Of a DNA stretch of 64,000 nt, positions 26,213-36,194 are shown piece by piece (position 1 is the stretch's first letter; each line of letters opens with the position of its first letter). The stretch is from NCBI RefSeq assembly GCF_013149785.1, contig NZ_JABEZU010000002.1, positions 434,001 to 498,000 on the forward strand, given 5' to 3'. A program made the translations under genes and the position numbers. Source of the stretch: Isoptericola halotolerans. Its GTDB lineage: Bacteria > Actinomycetota > Actinomycetes > Actinomycetales > Cellulomonadaceae. The notes beneath the pieces were generated by a model, which was not told the DNA's origin, did no database searches, and saw only the letters and a list, made by a program, of their open reading frames with translations.

Positions 26213-27244
26213 GTGCATGACGAGATCACCGAAGTCGCCCGGCATCGCCAGGTCCGGGGCGGCACCCGCCTCGCCGGCGTCGTCTCCGACCTCGCCCGCC
26301 CCGTGGTCGTCGTGGGGTCGACGACGCCCGTCGGCCAGCTCGAGGTGATGTTCCGCAACCCTGAGCTGGGCTGCGTCGTCGTGGTCGAGGACGGTGGCAC
26401 CCGCACCGGGATCATCATGCGGTCGGGCCTGACGGCCGCACTGACCGGCCGGCTCGGCTACGGACGAGCCGTGCTCGAGCGCAGGCCGACGTCCGAGGTC
26501 ACCGACTGGAGCCCGATGGTGGTGCACCCGCACGACGCCGTGTCGTCCGTCGCGACGCGGGCGATGGAACGGTCCGACGCCCGCCGCTACGACGACGTCC
26601 TGGTGGCGGCGGAGCAGTGGGCGAGCGCCAGCACCGCGGACCTCATGCGGTCGCTGGTGGCGGCGCTCGCGGACCGTTCCAGCCGTGATCCGCAGACGCG
26701 GCTGCCCACCCGGTCGGCGACCTGGCACTCGTTGGCGCGGCGCTGCGATCTCGTGCAGGGAACCCGGACGCGCGTCGTGCTGGTCCTGCTGGACGTGCGC
26801 GGCATGTCGGCCCTCAACGCACGGCACGGCTTCGTGGCGGGGGACGCCGTGCTCGTCGACCTCGCCGGTCGGCTCGTCGGAGGGCTGCCCCGGGGGTGCG
26901 AGGCGGGGCGGGTCGACGGCGACCGGTTCGCGGTGCTCGCGACCCTGCCGCCCATGGACGACATCCAGGCGGCCGCGTCGGCCGACCATCTGCGCCGCCA
27001 CGTGCTGGCCAACCTCGCGCAGCCGTCGGCCGCGACGGGCGCCGCGGTCTGGCCGGAGCTGCGTTCCTCGGTCGTGTGGTCGGTGGCCGGCGCGGCCGAC
27101 GCCGAGGAGCTCGTGCGGGAGGCCGAGTCCCGGCTGGGAGGGTCCGGCAGCCCGGGCGGGTCGCGGGTCGGTCGCACGGCGCCGTCGGCTCCAGGGCCGT
27201 CGGAAGGTGCCGGCGACCGTCTACCCCTGCGCCGGGTCGGCTGA
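26213..27244 (+). CDS. CBS-like + degenerate GGDEF domain protein
   Basis: 'DPQTRLPTR', 'LLDVRGMSALNARHGFVAGDAVL', signature DGDRF; start uncertain (26135-26213). Confidence 0.75.
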   Translation: MHDEITEVARHRQVRGGTRLAGVVSDLARPVVVVGSTTPVGQLEVMFRNPELGCVVVVEDGGTRTGIIMRSGLTAALTGRLGYGRAVLERRPTSEVTDWSPMVVHPHDAVSSVATRAMERSDARRYDDVLVAAEQWASASTADLMRSLVAALADRSSRDPQTRLPTRSATWHSLARRCDLVQGTRTRVVLVLLDVRGMSALNARHGFVAGDAVLVDLAGRLVGGLPRGCEAGRVDGDRFAVLATLPPMDDIQAAASADHLRRHVLANLAQPSAATGAAVWPELRSSVVWSVAGAADAEELVREAESRLGGSGSPGGSRVGRTAPSAPGPSEGAGDRLPLRRVG

Positions 27245-27336
27245 TCTCGGTCGCGGCGACCTCGCGGCACCGTGCCGCGCCCGAGGATCGTGGACCGGCA
27301 TCGACCTCCTGCCCGGAATGCGCGAGGATGGGGCAC

Positions 27337-28938
27337 GTGCGTGTACGGAACGCCCGATTCGTCCTGACCTTCTGCTGCGCGGCCGCGTTCGTCGTCGGCT
27401 GCGCTCCCGACGACCCTCCGCCCGAACCCGAAGGCCCGGCCGTGACGGCCGTGGTCTCGGGTCCGGTGGGTCATACCCTGCTGCTGCCGGCGGCCGACCC
27501 GGCAGAGCTGGCGCTGACGACGAGCCAGCAGATCTTCGAGCGGTCCCCGGTGGCGGTGCTGGCCGAGGGGTACCCCGTCGAGGGTGACCCCGAGGACGAC
27601 GACGTCGCCGCGGCCGCCGCGGTGCGGGCTGCCCAGGCCTCGGCGGCCGAGGATCTCGGTGCCCCCGCCCTCCTCGTCGGTGGCGCGGTGTCCGCCCACG
27701 GGGTCACCGACGAGCTGGACCGCCTGGGCGTCCAGGTGGCCGTCGTCGTGCGTCCGGCGTCCGGCCCCGGCGACGGTGGCGCCGCGGAGCAGGCGGCCGT
27801 CGCGGCCGGGGCCGCCGTCGTCGACCTTCGCTCCACCGCCCTGCCGGGCCGCAGCGACGAGCCGGGGGCGCTGAGCGACGCGGAGGCGTCGCGTCTGCGC
27901 GCGGACGTGGAGTCTGCGCTGCTCAGCGGGTCGTCCACGGGTGTCGAGGGGTTGCGGGAGGTGCTCGCCCTGACCGACCCGCAGCCCGGCCAGGAGGCCG
28001 CCGTCGCGACGCTGCGGGCGGCCGGTGCCGTCGACCACGAGGTGCCGGGCGGGGACATCGCCGCCTCGCCGGAGTCGATCGAGCGGATCGACATGGCGCA
28101 GGCCCTCGCCGTGATCGGGGTGGGTCCGTCGTTCGGCGCCGCGGCCGACTTCGGGTGGCGGGTGGCGGCGGCCGAGCGCGGCGACCTGCTGCCGACAGGG
28201 ACCCAGCACCTGCTCCCGGCGCGCTACGTCACCACCGCGGGGGACCGCCGCGACGAGCCGGCCGACGTCGTCGAGCGGGCGGCGTCCTCCGCCGAGGCCT
28301 ATGCGGACCTGGAGGGCGGCCCGGTGGTCCCGACCGTCGTCGTGCAGGCCAGCGCGCGGGCCGGGCACCCGGGGGAGGACGGCGACTGGGTCGCCGAGGA
28401 GCCGCTCGCGGAGCTGGAGCCGCTGGTGGACGCGGCGCTGGCGGCCGACCAGTACGTGCTGCTCGACGTCGGCGCGGGGGCCTCGACCCTGCTCGAGGAG
28501 GTCGAGCCGCTCACCGAGCTGCTGCGACGACCGGGGGTGGGGGTTGCTCTGCACCCCGAGCAGCGCCGGTCGGACGGTGGGCTCCCCCCGGGACAGGTGC
28601 CGGTGGACGAGGTGGAGGCCGTGATCACCTATATTGAAGGTGTGGTTACTAATCACGGTCTGCCCCCGACGACGGTGGTCGTGCACCAGACGCGGCCGGA
28701 GTCCGTCGTCGACCGTGAGCGCCTCGCCGACGTGGCCGCCGCCACGGACGCGGTCGAGATCGTCCTCGCCGCGGACCGCACCGGCGGACCGACGACCACC
28801 GAGTGGGTGTGGGGCCGTGTGACCGACGACGTCCCTGACGGGGTGCACGCCGGCTGGGCGGGGCCCGTCTACCCCCCGACCCAGGCGGCAGACCTCGTCC
28901 CCACGGACCCGGCACCGCTCTTCGTCGCGGGGTCCTGA
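27337..28938 (+). CDS. putative lipoprotein, hypothetical
   Basis: Lipobox-like 'AAFVVG-C' after a basic/hydrophobic leader; high-GC3 frame. Confidence 0.65.
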   Translation: MRVRNARFVLTFCCAAAFVVGCAPDDPPPEPEGPAVTAVVSGPVGHTLLLPAADPAELALTTSQQIFERSPVAVLAEGYPVEGDPEDDDVAAAAAVRAAQASAAEDLGAPALLVGGAVSAHGVTDELDRLGVQVAVVVRPASGPGDGGAAEQAAVAAGAAVVDLRSTALPGRSDEPGALSDAEASRLRADVESALLSGSSTGVEGLREVLALTDPQPGQEAAVATLRAAGAVDHEVPGGDIAASPESIERIDMAQALAVIGVGPSFGAAADFGWRVAAAERGDLLPTGTQHLLPARYVTTAGDRRDEPADVVERAASSAEAYADLEGGPVVPTVVVQASARAGHPGEDGDWVAEEPLAELEPLVDAALAADQYVLLDVGAGASTLLEEVEPLTELLRRPGVGVALHPEQRRSDGGLPPGQVPVDEVEAVITYIEGVVTNHGLPPTTVVVHQTRPESVVDRERLADVAAATDAVEIVLAADRTGGPTTTEWVWGRVTDDVPDGVHAGWAGPVYPPTQAADLVPTDPAPLFVAGS

Positions 28939-28950
28939 CCAGGAGAACCC

Positions 28951-30429
28951 ATGCTGCCCCTCATCCCGTGGCCCACCGAGGTCGTCGAGCCCGCTGCGAC
29001 CGCAACCGGCCCCGCAGCCCTCGCGCTGCCCGCCGTGCGGGTCGACGCCCCGGCCGGCCTGACCGCCGTCGTCGCCGAACTGGTCGCGGCCGCCGGGGTC
29101 CCGGTGTCCGACCACGACACGGACGGACCCGCCGTCCCGTTCACGCTGCGCCTGGACCCGGCCGGCGGCCCCACCGGCAGCGACGGCTCGCAGAGCCCGG
29201 AGCGCTACACGCTGCAGGTGACCGCCGCGGGTATCGAGGCGACCGCGCCCGAGCCGGTCGGTCTGCTGCACGCCGCACGGACCCTCCGCCAGCTCGTGGT
29301 CCGGCCGGCCGACGGCGCGGCGGGCGGGACGCCGTCGACCGTGCCCGTCGTCGTCGTGCGCGACGCCCCGAGGCACTCCTGGCGCGGGCTCTCGTTCGAC
29401 GTCGTGCGCCACTGGTTCGGCCCCGACGACATCCGGGCCGTCGTCGACCTCGTCGGCGCGTTCAAGCTGCGCGTGCTGCACCTGCACCTCACCGACGACC
29501 AGGGCTGGCGCATCGAGATCCCGTCCCGGCCCGAGCTGGAGAAGGCCTCCGACAACCAGGTCGGCGGTGGGTCGGCCGGCTACCTCACCGCCGACGACTA
29601 CCGCGATCTGCAGGAGTACGCCGCAGCCCGGTTCATCACGATCGTGCCCGAGTTCGACATGCCCGGGCACGTCAACGCCGCCACGCACGTCTACGGCGCG
29701 CTCACCGCGGACGGCCTGGCGACCGACGCCTACGACGGCATCGAGGTCGGATTCTCCCGGCTGTGGTTCGACAACCCGGCCACCGAACCGTTCCTGCGGG
29801 ACGTCATCGGCGACCTGGCCCGCATGACCCTCGGAGAGTGGGTGCACGTCGGGGGCGACGAGGTCCTCACGATGGACCACGCCGAGTTCGCGAAGTTCGT
29901 CGACCTCGCGCAGCAGATCGTCCGGGAGCACGGCAAGACGCCGGTCTTCTGGCAGGAGGGTGCCCGCGGACCGGTGGAACCGGGCACGTTGCTGCAGTAC
30001 TGGGAGCCCAAGGGCGAGGAGTTCGACCGGTTCGTCGCCGCGGCGCACGCCGGGGCACGCTTCATCATGTCGCCCGGCAACCATGCCTACCTCGACATGA
30101 AGTACACCCCCGAGCACCCGCTCGGTCTGCACTGGGCCGGCTACGTGGAGCTGCGGGACTCCTACGACTGGGAGCCCACGACGGTCATCGACGGACTGCC
30201 GGCGTCCGCCGTGGAAGGGGTGTCGGCGGCGGTCTGGACCGAGACTCTCACCACCCGCGACGAGCTGTTCTCCATGCTGCTGCCGCGGCTCGGCGCCGTC
30301 GCCGAGGTCGCCTGGACGAGCCCGCAGGCCAAGGACTTCGACGCGTTCGCGGCACGCACGGCCGCCCAGGCGCCGTCCTGGCGGGCAGTCGGCTGGACGT
30401 ACCACCCCACCCCGCAGGTCACCTGGTAG
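28951..30429 (+). CDS. GH20 beta-N-acetylhexosaminidase
   Basis: 'WRGLSFDVVRHWF', 'HLHLTDDQGWRIE', 'PEFDMPGH', catalytic 'HVGGDE'; AGGAG RBS. Confidence 0.94.
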   Translation: MLPLIPWPTEVVEPAATATGPAALALPAVRVDAPAGLTAVVAELVAAAGVPVSDHDTDGPAVPFTLRLDPAGGPTGSDGSQSPERYTLQVTAAGIEATAPEPVGLLHAARTLRQLVVRPADGAAGGTPSTVPVVVVRDAPRHSWRGLSFDVVRHWFGPDDIRAVVDLVGAFKLRVLHLHLTDDQGWRIEIPSRPELEKASDNQVGGGSAGYLTADDYRDLQEYAAARFITIVPEFDMPGHVNAATHVYGALTADGLATDAYDGIEVGFSRLWFDNPATEPFLRDVIGDLARMTLGEWVHVGGDEVLTMDHAEFAKFVDLAQQIVREHGKTPVFWQEGARGPVEPGTLLQYWEPKGEEFDRFVAAAHAGARFIMSPGNHAYLDMKYTPEHPLGLHWAGYVELRDSYDWEPTTVIDGLPASAVEGVSAAVWTETLTTRDELFSMLLPRLGAVAEVAWTSPQAKDFDAFAARTAAQAPSWRAVGWTYHPTPQVTW

Positions 30430-30447
30430 CCGCGGCCCGGCGCGGGG

Positions 30448-32379
30448 TCAGACCCAGTTGCGGAACCGGATGACCTCGCGCCAGTAGTCGTAGGGCACCT
30501 GCATCGCCGACCAGAACGGGTAGAAAGCCACCGAGACGGCCGCGATCACCAGCAGGACTCCGGCGATCAGCCCGATCGCGCCGCCGCGACCCCGACCGCG
30601 TGCCGTGCGCTCCAGCGCGACCACCATCGGGTACAGGAGCGTCAGGATCACCCACGGGGTGAAGACGATCGAGTAGAACGCGAAGATCGTCCGGTCGGTG
30701 TACAGGAACCAGGGAGCCCAGCCCGCGATCGTGCCGGACAGCACCGCGAGCGCCCGCCAGTCCCGCAGCCAGACCCCGAGCACGATCGTCACGACGATCG
30801 CGATCGCCGCGAGGAACCACAGCAGCGGGTTGCCGAGCGCGGTCACCGCGACCGCGCACGCGCCGTCGGCGTCCACCGGGCACCCCTCCTGCCCCGGGGC
30901 GGACCGCTCCCAGAAGAAGGACGTGGGGCGCCACTGCACGATCCAGCCCCACGGGTGCGCGGCGTACGCGTGCTCGGAGTCGAGACCCGTGTGGAAGCCG
31001 AGCATCTGCTGGTGGTAGTGCCAGAGGCTCTCCAGCCAGTCCGGCACCCAGGTCGCCTGGTCGGGGTTGTCCGTCGCCCAGGTGCGGTAGTAGCCCGGTG
31101 CGGCCGACCCGGCGCTCGCGATCCACGACCACCACGAGGCCACGTAGGTGACGAGCGCGACCGGCACGACCTGGACGAAGGCGTAGGGGGCGTCGAACGC
31201 CAGCGCCTTCACCGTCCCGTGCGGGATGCCGGCCCGGCGCCGTGCCGTCACGTCCCACAGCACGGTCAGGAGACCGAACACCGCGACGAACCACAGCCCG
31301 GACCACTTGACCCCGCAGGCGAGACCCAGAGAGACCCCCGCGGCCAGGCGCCACCACCGGGCGCCGAGCCAGCGCGGCGCCTCGCTCAGGCTGCCACCGG
31401 ACCCGACGACCGCGGCGACCCCGGCCGCCAGCCGTCGTCGGGCCTGCTCCCGGTCCAGCAGCAGGCAGCCGAACGCCACCAGGACCCAGAACATGAGGAA
31501 CTGGTCCAGCAACGCCGTGCGCGAGTGGACGATCGCCTGGCCGTCGATCGCCAGCAGGAACCCCGCGGCGAGGCCCATCACCGTGCTCGAGAACAGCCGC
31601 CGCGCGATGCGGGCCAGCAGCAGCACCGCGAGGATGCCGACGACGGCGCTCGCCAGGCGCCACGCGAAGGGGTCGGTCGCCCCGCCGCCGGCCTCCATGC
31701 CGAGCCAGATCATCCACTTGCCGACCGGCGGGTGGACCACGTAGGCGGCCTGGTCGAGATAGGTGTCGACGTCCCCCGCCTCGAACGCCGGGTCGGGGTC
31801 GTCGGGCCACTGCCGCTCCGAGCCCTCGCGCCCGAGGGTGTAGGCGTCCTTGACGTAGTACGTCTCGTCGAAGACGAGGGTGCCCGGCTTGCCCAGCTCC
31901 CACAGCCGGGCCACCGCGGCGAGGAGCGTGATCATCACGGCTCCCGCCCAGCCGAGGGCGCGGGCCTGCCGCGTGGCGCCGAGAGCCAGTCGCCGTTCGC
32001 CGAGCAGGCGCACGAGCAGCGTGCGCTCGGTCGTGGCCGGCTCGTCACGCATCCCGGTCGGACCCTCCGCCTGCGCCGGTCCCTCGGTGCCCGACGGCGG
32101 CAGGTCCGGCGGGTCGGCGGCCGGGGCAGCGCTCCCAGCGGGCGTCGTCCCCGCGCGCGGCCCGGCATGCTGGCCCCCGCTCTGCCCGACGCTCGGCACG
32201 GCGCCGGTGAGGGCGCGGATGGCGCCGGTCACGACCGGGATGCCGCGCGTGTCCGTGCGACGGTGCCCGTGGACGTCCCGTCGCGAGGGGTACTGCTGGC
32301 GGGGCTCCGAAGGCGTGTCGACCGCAGGGGTGTCACCGGTGGTCGGGGCGTCGGCATCGGGGGCGCTCACCTCGGCCAC
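30448..32379 (-). CDS. pmt: protein O-mannosyltransferase (GT39)
   Basis: 'VFDETYYVKDA', 'VVHPPVGKW', 'SRTALLD', 'KWSG'; divergent from rsmI as in other actinomycetes. Confidence 0.92.
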   Translation of the reverse strand: MAEVSAPDADAPTTGDTPAVDTPSEPRQQYPSRRDVHGHRRTDTRGIPVVTGAIRALTGAVPSVGQSGGQHAGPRAGTTPAGSAAPAADPPDLPPSGTEGPAQAEGPTGMRDEPATTERTLLVRLLGERRLALGATRQARALGWAGAVMITLLAAVARLWELGKPGTLVFDETYYVKDAYTLGREGSERQWPDDPDPAFEAGDVDTYLDQAAYVVHPPVGKWMIWLGMEAGGGATDPFAWRLASAVVGILAVLLLARIARRLFSSTVMGLAAGFLLAIDGQAIVHSRTALLDQFLMFWVLVAFGCLLLDREQARRRLAAGVAAVVGSGGSLSEAPRWLGARWWRLAAGVSLGLACGVKWSGLWFVAVFGLLTVLWDVTARRRAGIPHGTVKALAFDAPYAFVQVVPVALVTYVASWWSWIASAGSAAPGYYRTWATDNPDQATWVPDWLESLWHYHQQMLGFHTGLDSEHAYAAHPWGWIVQWRPTSFFWERSAPGQEGCPVDADGACAVAVTALGNPLLWFLAAIAIVVTIVLGVWLRDWRALAVLSGTIAGWAPWFLYTDRTIFAFYSIVFTPWVILTLLYPMVVALERTARGRGRGGAIGLIAGVLLVIAAVSVAFYPFWSAMQVPYDYWREVIRFRNWV

Positions 32380-32418
32380 TTTAGGGGGTCATGACGCTCC
32401 CGTGGGACAGTGGGCCGC

Positions 32419-33291
32419 ATGAGTCGTCTCGCCGAGGCCGGGTCCGTCGTGCTGGCCGCCACCCCTATCGGCAACGTCGAGGACGCCTCGCCCCGGCTGC
32501 TGCGTCTGCTGCAGGAGGCCGACGTCGTCGCCGCCGAGGACACCCGCCGCCTGCACGGCCTGGCCGGCCGGCTCGGGATCACGGTCGGCGGGCGCGTCGT
32601 GTCCTACCACGAGCACAACGAGCGTGACCGCGCCGACGACCTGCTGGACGTCGTCGACGAGGGCGGGACCGTCGTCGTCGTCACCGACGCGGGGATGCCT
32701 GCCGTGTCCGACCCCGGGTTCCGACTGGTCGAGCGGGCCGTCGAACGCGGGCTGCCGGTGACGGCCGCGCCGGGGGCGTCGGCCGTGCTGACGGCGCTCG
32801 CGCTGTCCGGTCTGCCCACCGACCGGTTCACGTTCGACGGGTTCGTCCCGCGCAAGTCCGGCGACCGGGCGCGGTGGCTCGGGGCGCTGGCGTCCGAACC
32901 GCGCACCATGGTGCTCTTCGAGGCGCCGCACCGCGTCGTCGAGACGCTCGCGGCGATGGCCGAGGCGTTCGGCGTCGACCGTCCCGCAGCCGTGTGCCGT
33001 GAGCTGACCAAGACCTACGAGGAGGTGCTGCGCGGCACCCTCGGCGAGCTCGCGGCGCTCGCGGGGGAGCGGGCCGCCGACGGCGCCGCGCTGCGCGGCG
33101 AGATCTGCCTCGTCGTCGGCGGGGCGCCGGCGGCAGGGGCGCCCCGCGTGGAGGACCTGGTCCCCGAGGTGCTCGACCGGGTGGCGGCGGGTGAACGGCT
33201 CAAGGCCGCGGTGGCCGAGGTCGCCACCGCGGCCGGGGTTCCCAAGCGGGACCTCTACGCGGCGGCCCTGGCCGCGCGCGCATCGAGGTAG
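32419..33291 (+). CDS. rsmI: 16S rRNA C1402 2'-O-methyltransferase
   Basis: 'ATPIGN..D', 'AAEDTR', 'TDAGMP.VSDPG', 'RELTK.YEE'. Confidence 0.95.
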   Translation: MSRLAEAGSVVLAATPIGNVEDASPRLLRLLQEADVVAAEDTRRLHGLAGRLGITVGGRVVSYHEHNERDRADDLLDVVDEGGTVVVVTDAGMPAVSDPGFRLVERAVERGLPVTAAPGASAVLTALALSGLPTDRFTFDGFVPRKSGDRARWLGALASEPRTMVLFEAPHRVVETLAAMAEAFGVDRPAAVCRELTKTYEEVLRGTLGELAALAGERAADGAALRGEICLVVGGAPAAGAPRVEDLVPEVLDRVAAGERLKAAVAEVATAAGVPKRDLYAAALAARASR

Positions 33292-33307
33292 GGCGCCGCC
33301 GCGAAGG

Positions 33308-34450
33308 TCAGGAGAGGTTGCGGAAGAACGCGCGGAGATCGTCCGCGAGCAGCTTCGGCTCCTCCATCGCGGGGAAGTGGCCGCCCTCGGTGAACTCGCT
33401 CCAGTGGCCGGCCGCGTTCCACGGGTCCAGCACGCGACGCAGGAGCGGATGGGTGTCGAACACCGCCCATCCGGACGGGACGTCGGCGGCCATGGTCCAC
33501 CCGAGCTCCGAGTGCTCGCCCTCGTAGTAGAACTGTGCGCTCGACGCACCGGCCCGTGTGAACCAGTAGAGGCTGATGTTCGTCAGGAGCTGGTCGCGGT
33601 CGACCGACTCGTCGGGCGTCCGGTGGGTGCCGGTGGTCCCGGTCGCGAACTTCTCGGCGATCCACGCCAGCTGGCCGACCGGTGAGTCGGAGAGAGCCGC
33701 ACCGATGGTGTCCGGGCGGTGGTTCTGCATCTCGAGGTACCCGCGGTCGGCCGCGGCCTCCGCGCGCACCGCCTCGATCTGCGAGACCTCGTCGTCGGAC
33801 AGTCCGTCGGGCCAGGGGAGCTTGTCGCCCACGAACCCGAGCAGCCGGCGTTCGACGGCGGTGTGCGTGCCGACGACTCGCTCCGGGTAGAGCGCGGCGA
33901 GGCGGCCGGTGATGCCGGAGCCGATGTCGCTGCCGTGGGCCGCGAACCGTTCGTAGCCGAGGCGCGTCATGATCTCGGCGTAGGCGTCCGTCGTCCGCGC
34001 GAGCTCCCAGCCTGTTCCCGACAGCGGCGTGGAGAAGCCGAAGCCCGGCGGCGACGGGATGATCACGTGGAAGTCGTCGGTCAGCAGCGGGATCAGGCGC
34101 TGGTACTCGACGAACGAGCCCGGCCATCCGTGGTGGAGGACGAGCGGGGTCGCGTCCGGGTTCGTCGACCGCACGTGGACGACGTGGAACGTCTGGCCGT
34201 GGACGACCGTGGTGAGCTGGTCGTGCTCGTTGAGCGCCGCCTCCTGCGCGCGCCAGTCGAACCCGTCGAGCCAGTACGCGGTGAGCTCCTGCAGGTACGC
34301 CTGCGGGATGCCGCGGCTGAAGTCGGTGCGGTCGTCCCGGCCCGGGACGGGGTGCGGCCAGCGGGTCTGTGCGAGCCGGTGGCGCAGGTCGTCGACGTCG
34401 GCCTGCGGGATGTCGATGCGGAAGGGTGTGAGGGCTGTGTTCTCGGTCAT
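33308..34450 (-). CDS. epoxide hydrolase (EHN + alpha/beta hydrolase)
   Basis: 'PFRIDIPQ', 'HGWPGS', 'HGSDIG', 'GGHFPAMEEP'. Confidence 0.92.
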   Translation of the reverse strand: MTENTALTPFRIDIPQADVDDLRHRLAQTRWPHPVPGRDDRTDFSRGIPQAYLQELTAYWLDGFDWRAQEAALNEHDQLTTVVHGQTFHVVHVRSTNPDATPLVLHHGWPGSFVEYQRLIPLLTDDFHVIIPSPPGFGFSTPLSGTGWELARTTDAYAEIMTRLGYERFAAHGSDIGSGITGRLAALYPERVVGTHTAVERRLLGFVGDKLPWPDGLSDDEVSQIEAVRAEAAADRGYLEMQNHRPDTIGAALSDSPVGQLAWIAEKFATGTTGTHRTPDESVDRDQLLTNISLYWFTRAGASSAQFYYEGEHSELGWTMAADVPSGWAVFDTHPLLRRVLDPWNAAGHWSEFTEGGHFPAMEEPKLLADDLRAFFRNLS

Positions 34451-34513
34451 GAGGATCACGTTCGCAGCCGATGCGGCGGGTTTTCTTCCGCAATGGCTGA
34501 GATGATCGGGAAC

Positions 34514-35476
34514 GTGTTGGAGACCTCGGCCCGCCTGCTCGAGCTGCTGTCGTTGCTCCAGGTCCGGCACGTCTGGACGAGCGCCGAGCTCGCCGACCGG
34601 CTCGGTGTGAGCACGCGGACCGTGCGTTCCGACGTCGGCAAGCTGCGGTCGCTCGGCTACCCGGTGGACGCGCGCCCCGGCGTCGCGGGCGGGTACCGGC
34701 TGGCCGCCGGGACGGCGATGCCCCCGCTGCTGCTCGACGACGACGAGGCGGTCGCCGTCGCCGTCGCGCTGGGTGTGGTCGCGACCCGGCGGATCGGGGT
34801 GGAGGAGACCTCGCTCACCGCGCTCGCGAAGCTGGAGCAGGTGCTGCCCTCGCGCCTGCGTCGGCGGGTCGAGGCGGTCCGTGAGGCGACGAGCGTCGTC
34901 GCCCGGGTCGACCCTCCGCTCGACCTCGCGGTGCTCGGCGCCGTCGCCGCGGCGATCCGCGGCCATGAGCGGCTGCGGTTCGGGTACACGAAGCCCGGGG
35001 GCAGCGAGGAGGCGCGGCTCACCGAGCCGCAACGGCTCGTGACCTGGGGGCCGTACTGGTACCTGCTCGCGTGGGACCTGCACCGTGACGACTGGCGGGT
35101 CTTCCGCGTCGACCGCATGATCCCGCACGCACCCACGGGAGCACGGTTCCGGCCGCGAGCGATCCCGGAGGACAAGGTCGTCGAGTACGTCGTCGGCCGC
35201 GTCAGCAGAGGGGCCTGGAAGTACCGCGCCCGGGTGCTCGTGCACGCTCCGGCCGCTCAGGTCGCCACGAGGCTCGTCGTCCCGGTCGACATCGAGCCGG
35301 TCGACGACTCCACCTGCTGCGTCGAGCTGGGCGCCGACGACCCGGACGGTCTCGCGCTGTGGTTGACCCAGCTGGACGTCGACCTCGAGGTGCTCGACGG
35401 CGACGAGCTCGCCGCGGCGTTCGACCGCCTCGCGACGCGGTTCCGCCGCGCGGCGGGTGGCGCCACCACGAGGTGA
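34514..35476 (+). CDS. YafY-family HTH-WYL regulator
   Basis: 'ARLL.LLSLLQ...[22 protein letters not shown]', '[17 protein letters not shown]'. Confidence 0.92.
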   Translation: MLETSARLLELLSLLQVRHVWTSAELADRLGVSTRTVRSDVGKLRSLGYPVDARPGVAGGYRLAAGTAMPPLLLDDDEAVAVAVALGVVATRRIGVEETSLTALAKLEQVLPSRLRRRVEAVREATSVVARVDPPLDLAVLGAVAAAIRGHERLRFGYTKPGGSEEARLTEPQRLVTWGPYWYLLAWDLHRDDWRVFRVDRMIPHAPTGARFRPRAIPEDKVVEYVVGRVSRGAWKYRARVLVHAPAAQVATRLVVPVDIEPVDDSTCCVELGADDPDGLALWLTQLDVDLEVLDGDELAAAFDRLATRFRRAAGGATTR

Positions 35477-35488
35477 CGCGCGGACGTG

Positions 35489-36067
35489 CTACCGGGCCTC
35501 GCCGGACTCGGCGAGCTCGACCCCGGCGGCAGCCATCTCGTGGCGTGCCTGCTCACCGAGCTCCGGGGAGACCGGCGCCGTGAGGTCGGTCAGGACGCGA
35601 GCCGCGAACCCGAGGCGGGCCGCGTCCAGCGCCGTGTGCTTGACGCAGTGCGACTCGGCCAGGCCCACCACGTCGACCGCGTCCACCCCGGCCTCGCGCA
35701 GCACGTCCACGAGCCGACGGCCCTCGGCGTCCGCGCCGTCGAACCCGGAGTACCCGTGGTCGTACTGGCCCTTGAGGACGGCGACGTCGGCGGCCAGGTC
35801 CGCCAGCGCGGGGTGCAGGCGGGCGTTCGGCGAACCCGCGACGCCGTGCACCGGCCAGGAGTCGACGAAGTCCGGGGCGTCGCTGAAGTGTTCGCCGGGG
35901 TCGATGTGCCAGTCCTGGGTGGTGACGACCAGCCCGTACCGGTCGCGGTGCGCCCCGGCGAAGGCGGCGACGTCCTCCGCGACCCGGTGGCCGCCGTCCA
36001 CGCCGAGCTCGCCGCCCTCGCAGAACGTGGGCTGGACGTCGACGACGAGAAGTGCGCGCGTGCTCAT
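35489..36067 (-). CDS. pncA: nicotinamidase/pyrazinamidase
   Basis: '[12 protein letters not shown]', 'TQDWH', 'WPVH', 'KG...GYSGF', 'GLAESHCV'. Confidence 0.9.
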   Translation of the reverse strand: MSTRALLVVDVQPTFCEGGELGVDGGHRVAEDVAAFAGAHRDRYGLVVTTQDWHIDPGEHFSDAPDFVDSWPVHGVAGSPNARLHPALADLAADVAVLKGQYDHGYSGFDGADAEGRRLVDVLREAGVDAVDVVGLAESHCVKHTALDAARLGFAARVLTDLTAPVSPELGEQARHEMAAAGVELAESGEAR

Positions 36068-36091
36068 CCCTCCACTGTGCCACCCTCCACC

Positions 36092-36166
36092 CCGCGAGAT
36101 CGACCTACCCGTCGTGAGATCGACCTACCGTGGGTCGATCTCACGACGGGTAGGTCGATCTCGCGG
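36092..36166. repeat. perfect 34-bp inverted repeat with internal 20-nt tandem unit (REP-like element)
   Basis: 36092-36125 is the exact reverse complement of 36133-36166; GAGATCGACC occurs twice per arm. Confidence 0.9.
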
Positions 36167-36194
36167 CACGGCCCGGGCCAGTAGGATTCGGGCC

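Noticed and set aside
21629..27244. Integrative element at tRNA-Ala
   Set aside because: Accessory-type genes follow, but I found no integrase and no duplicated tRNA 3' end
33308..35476. WYL regulator as a marker of a defence system
   Set aside because: It is the common divergent YafY-epoxide hydrolase pair, with no defence genes adjacent
36092..36166. CRISPR array
   Set aside because: The units are inverted with no unique spacers, and there are no cas genes in the window
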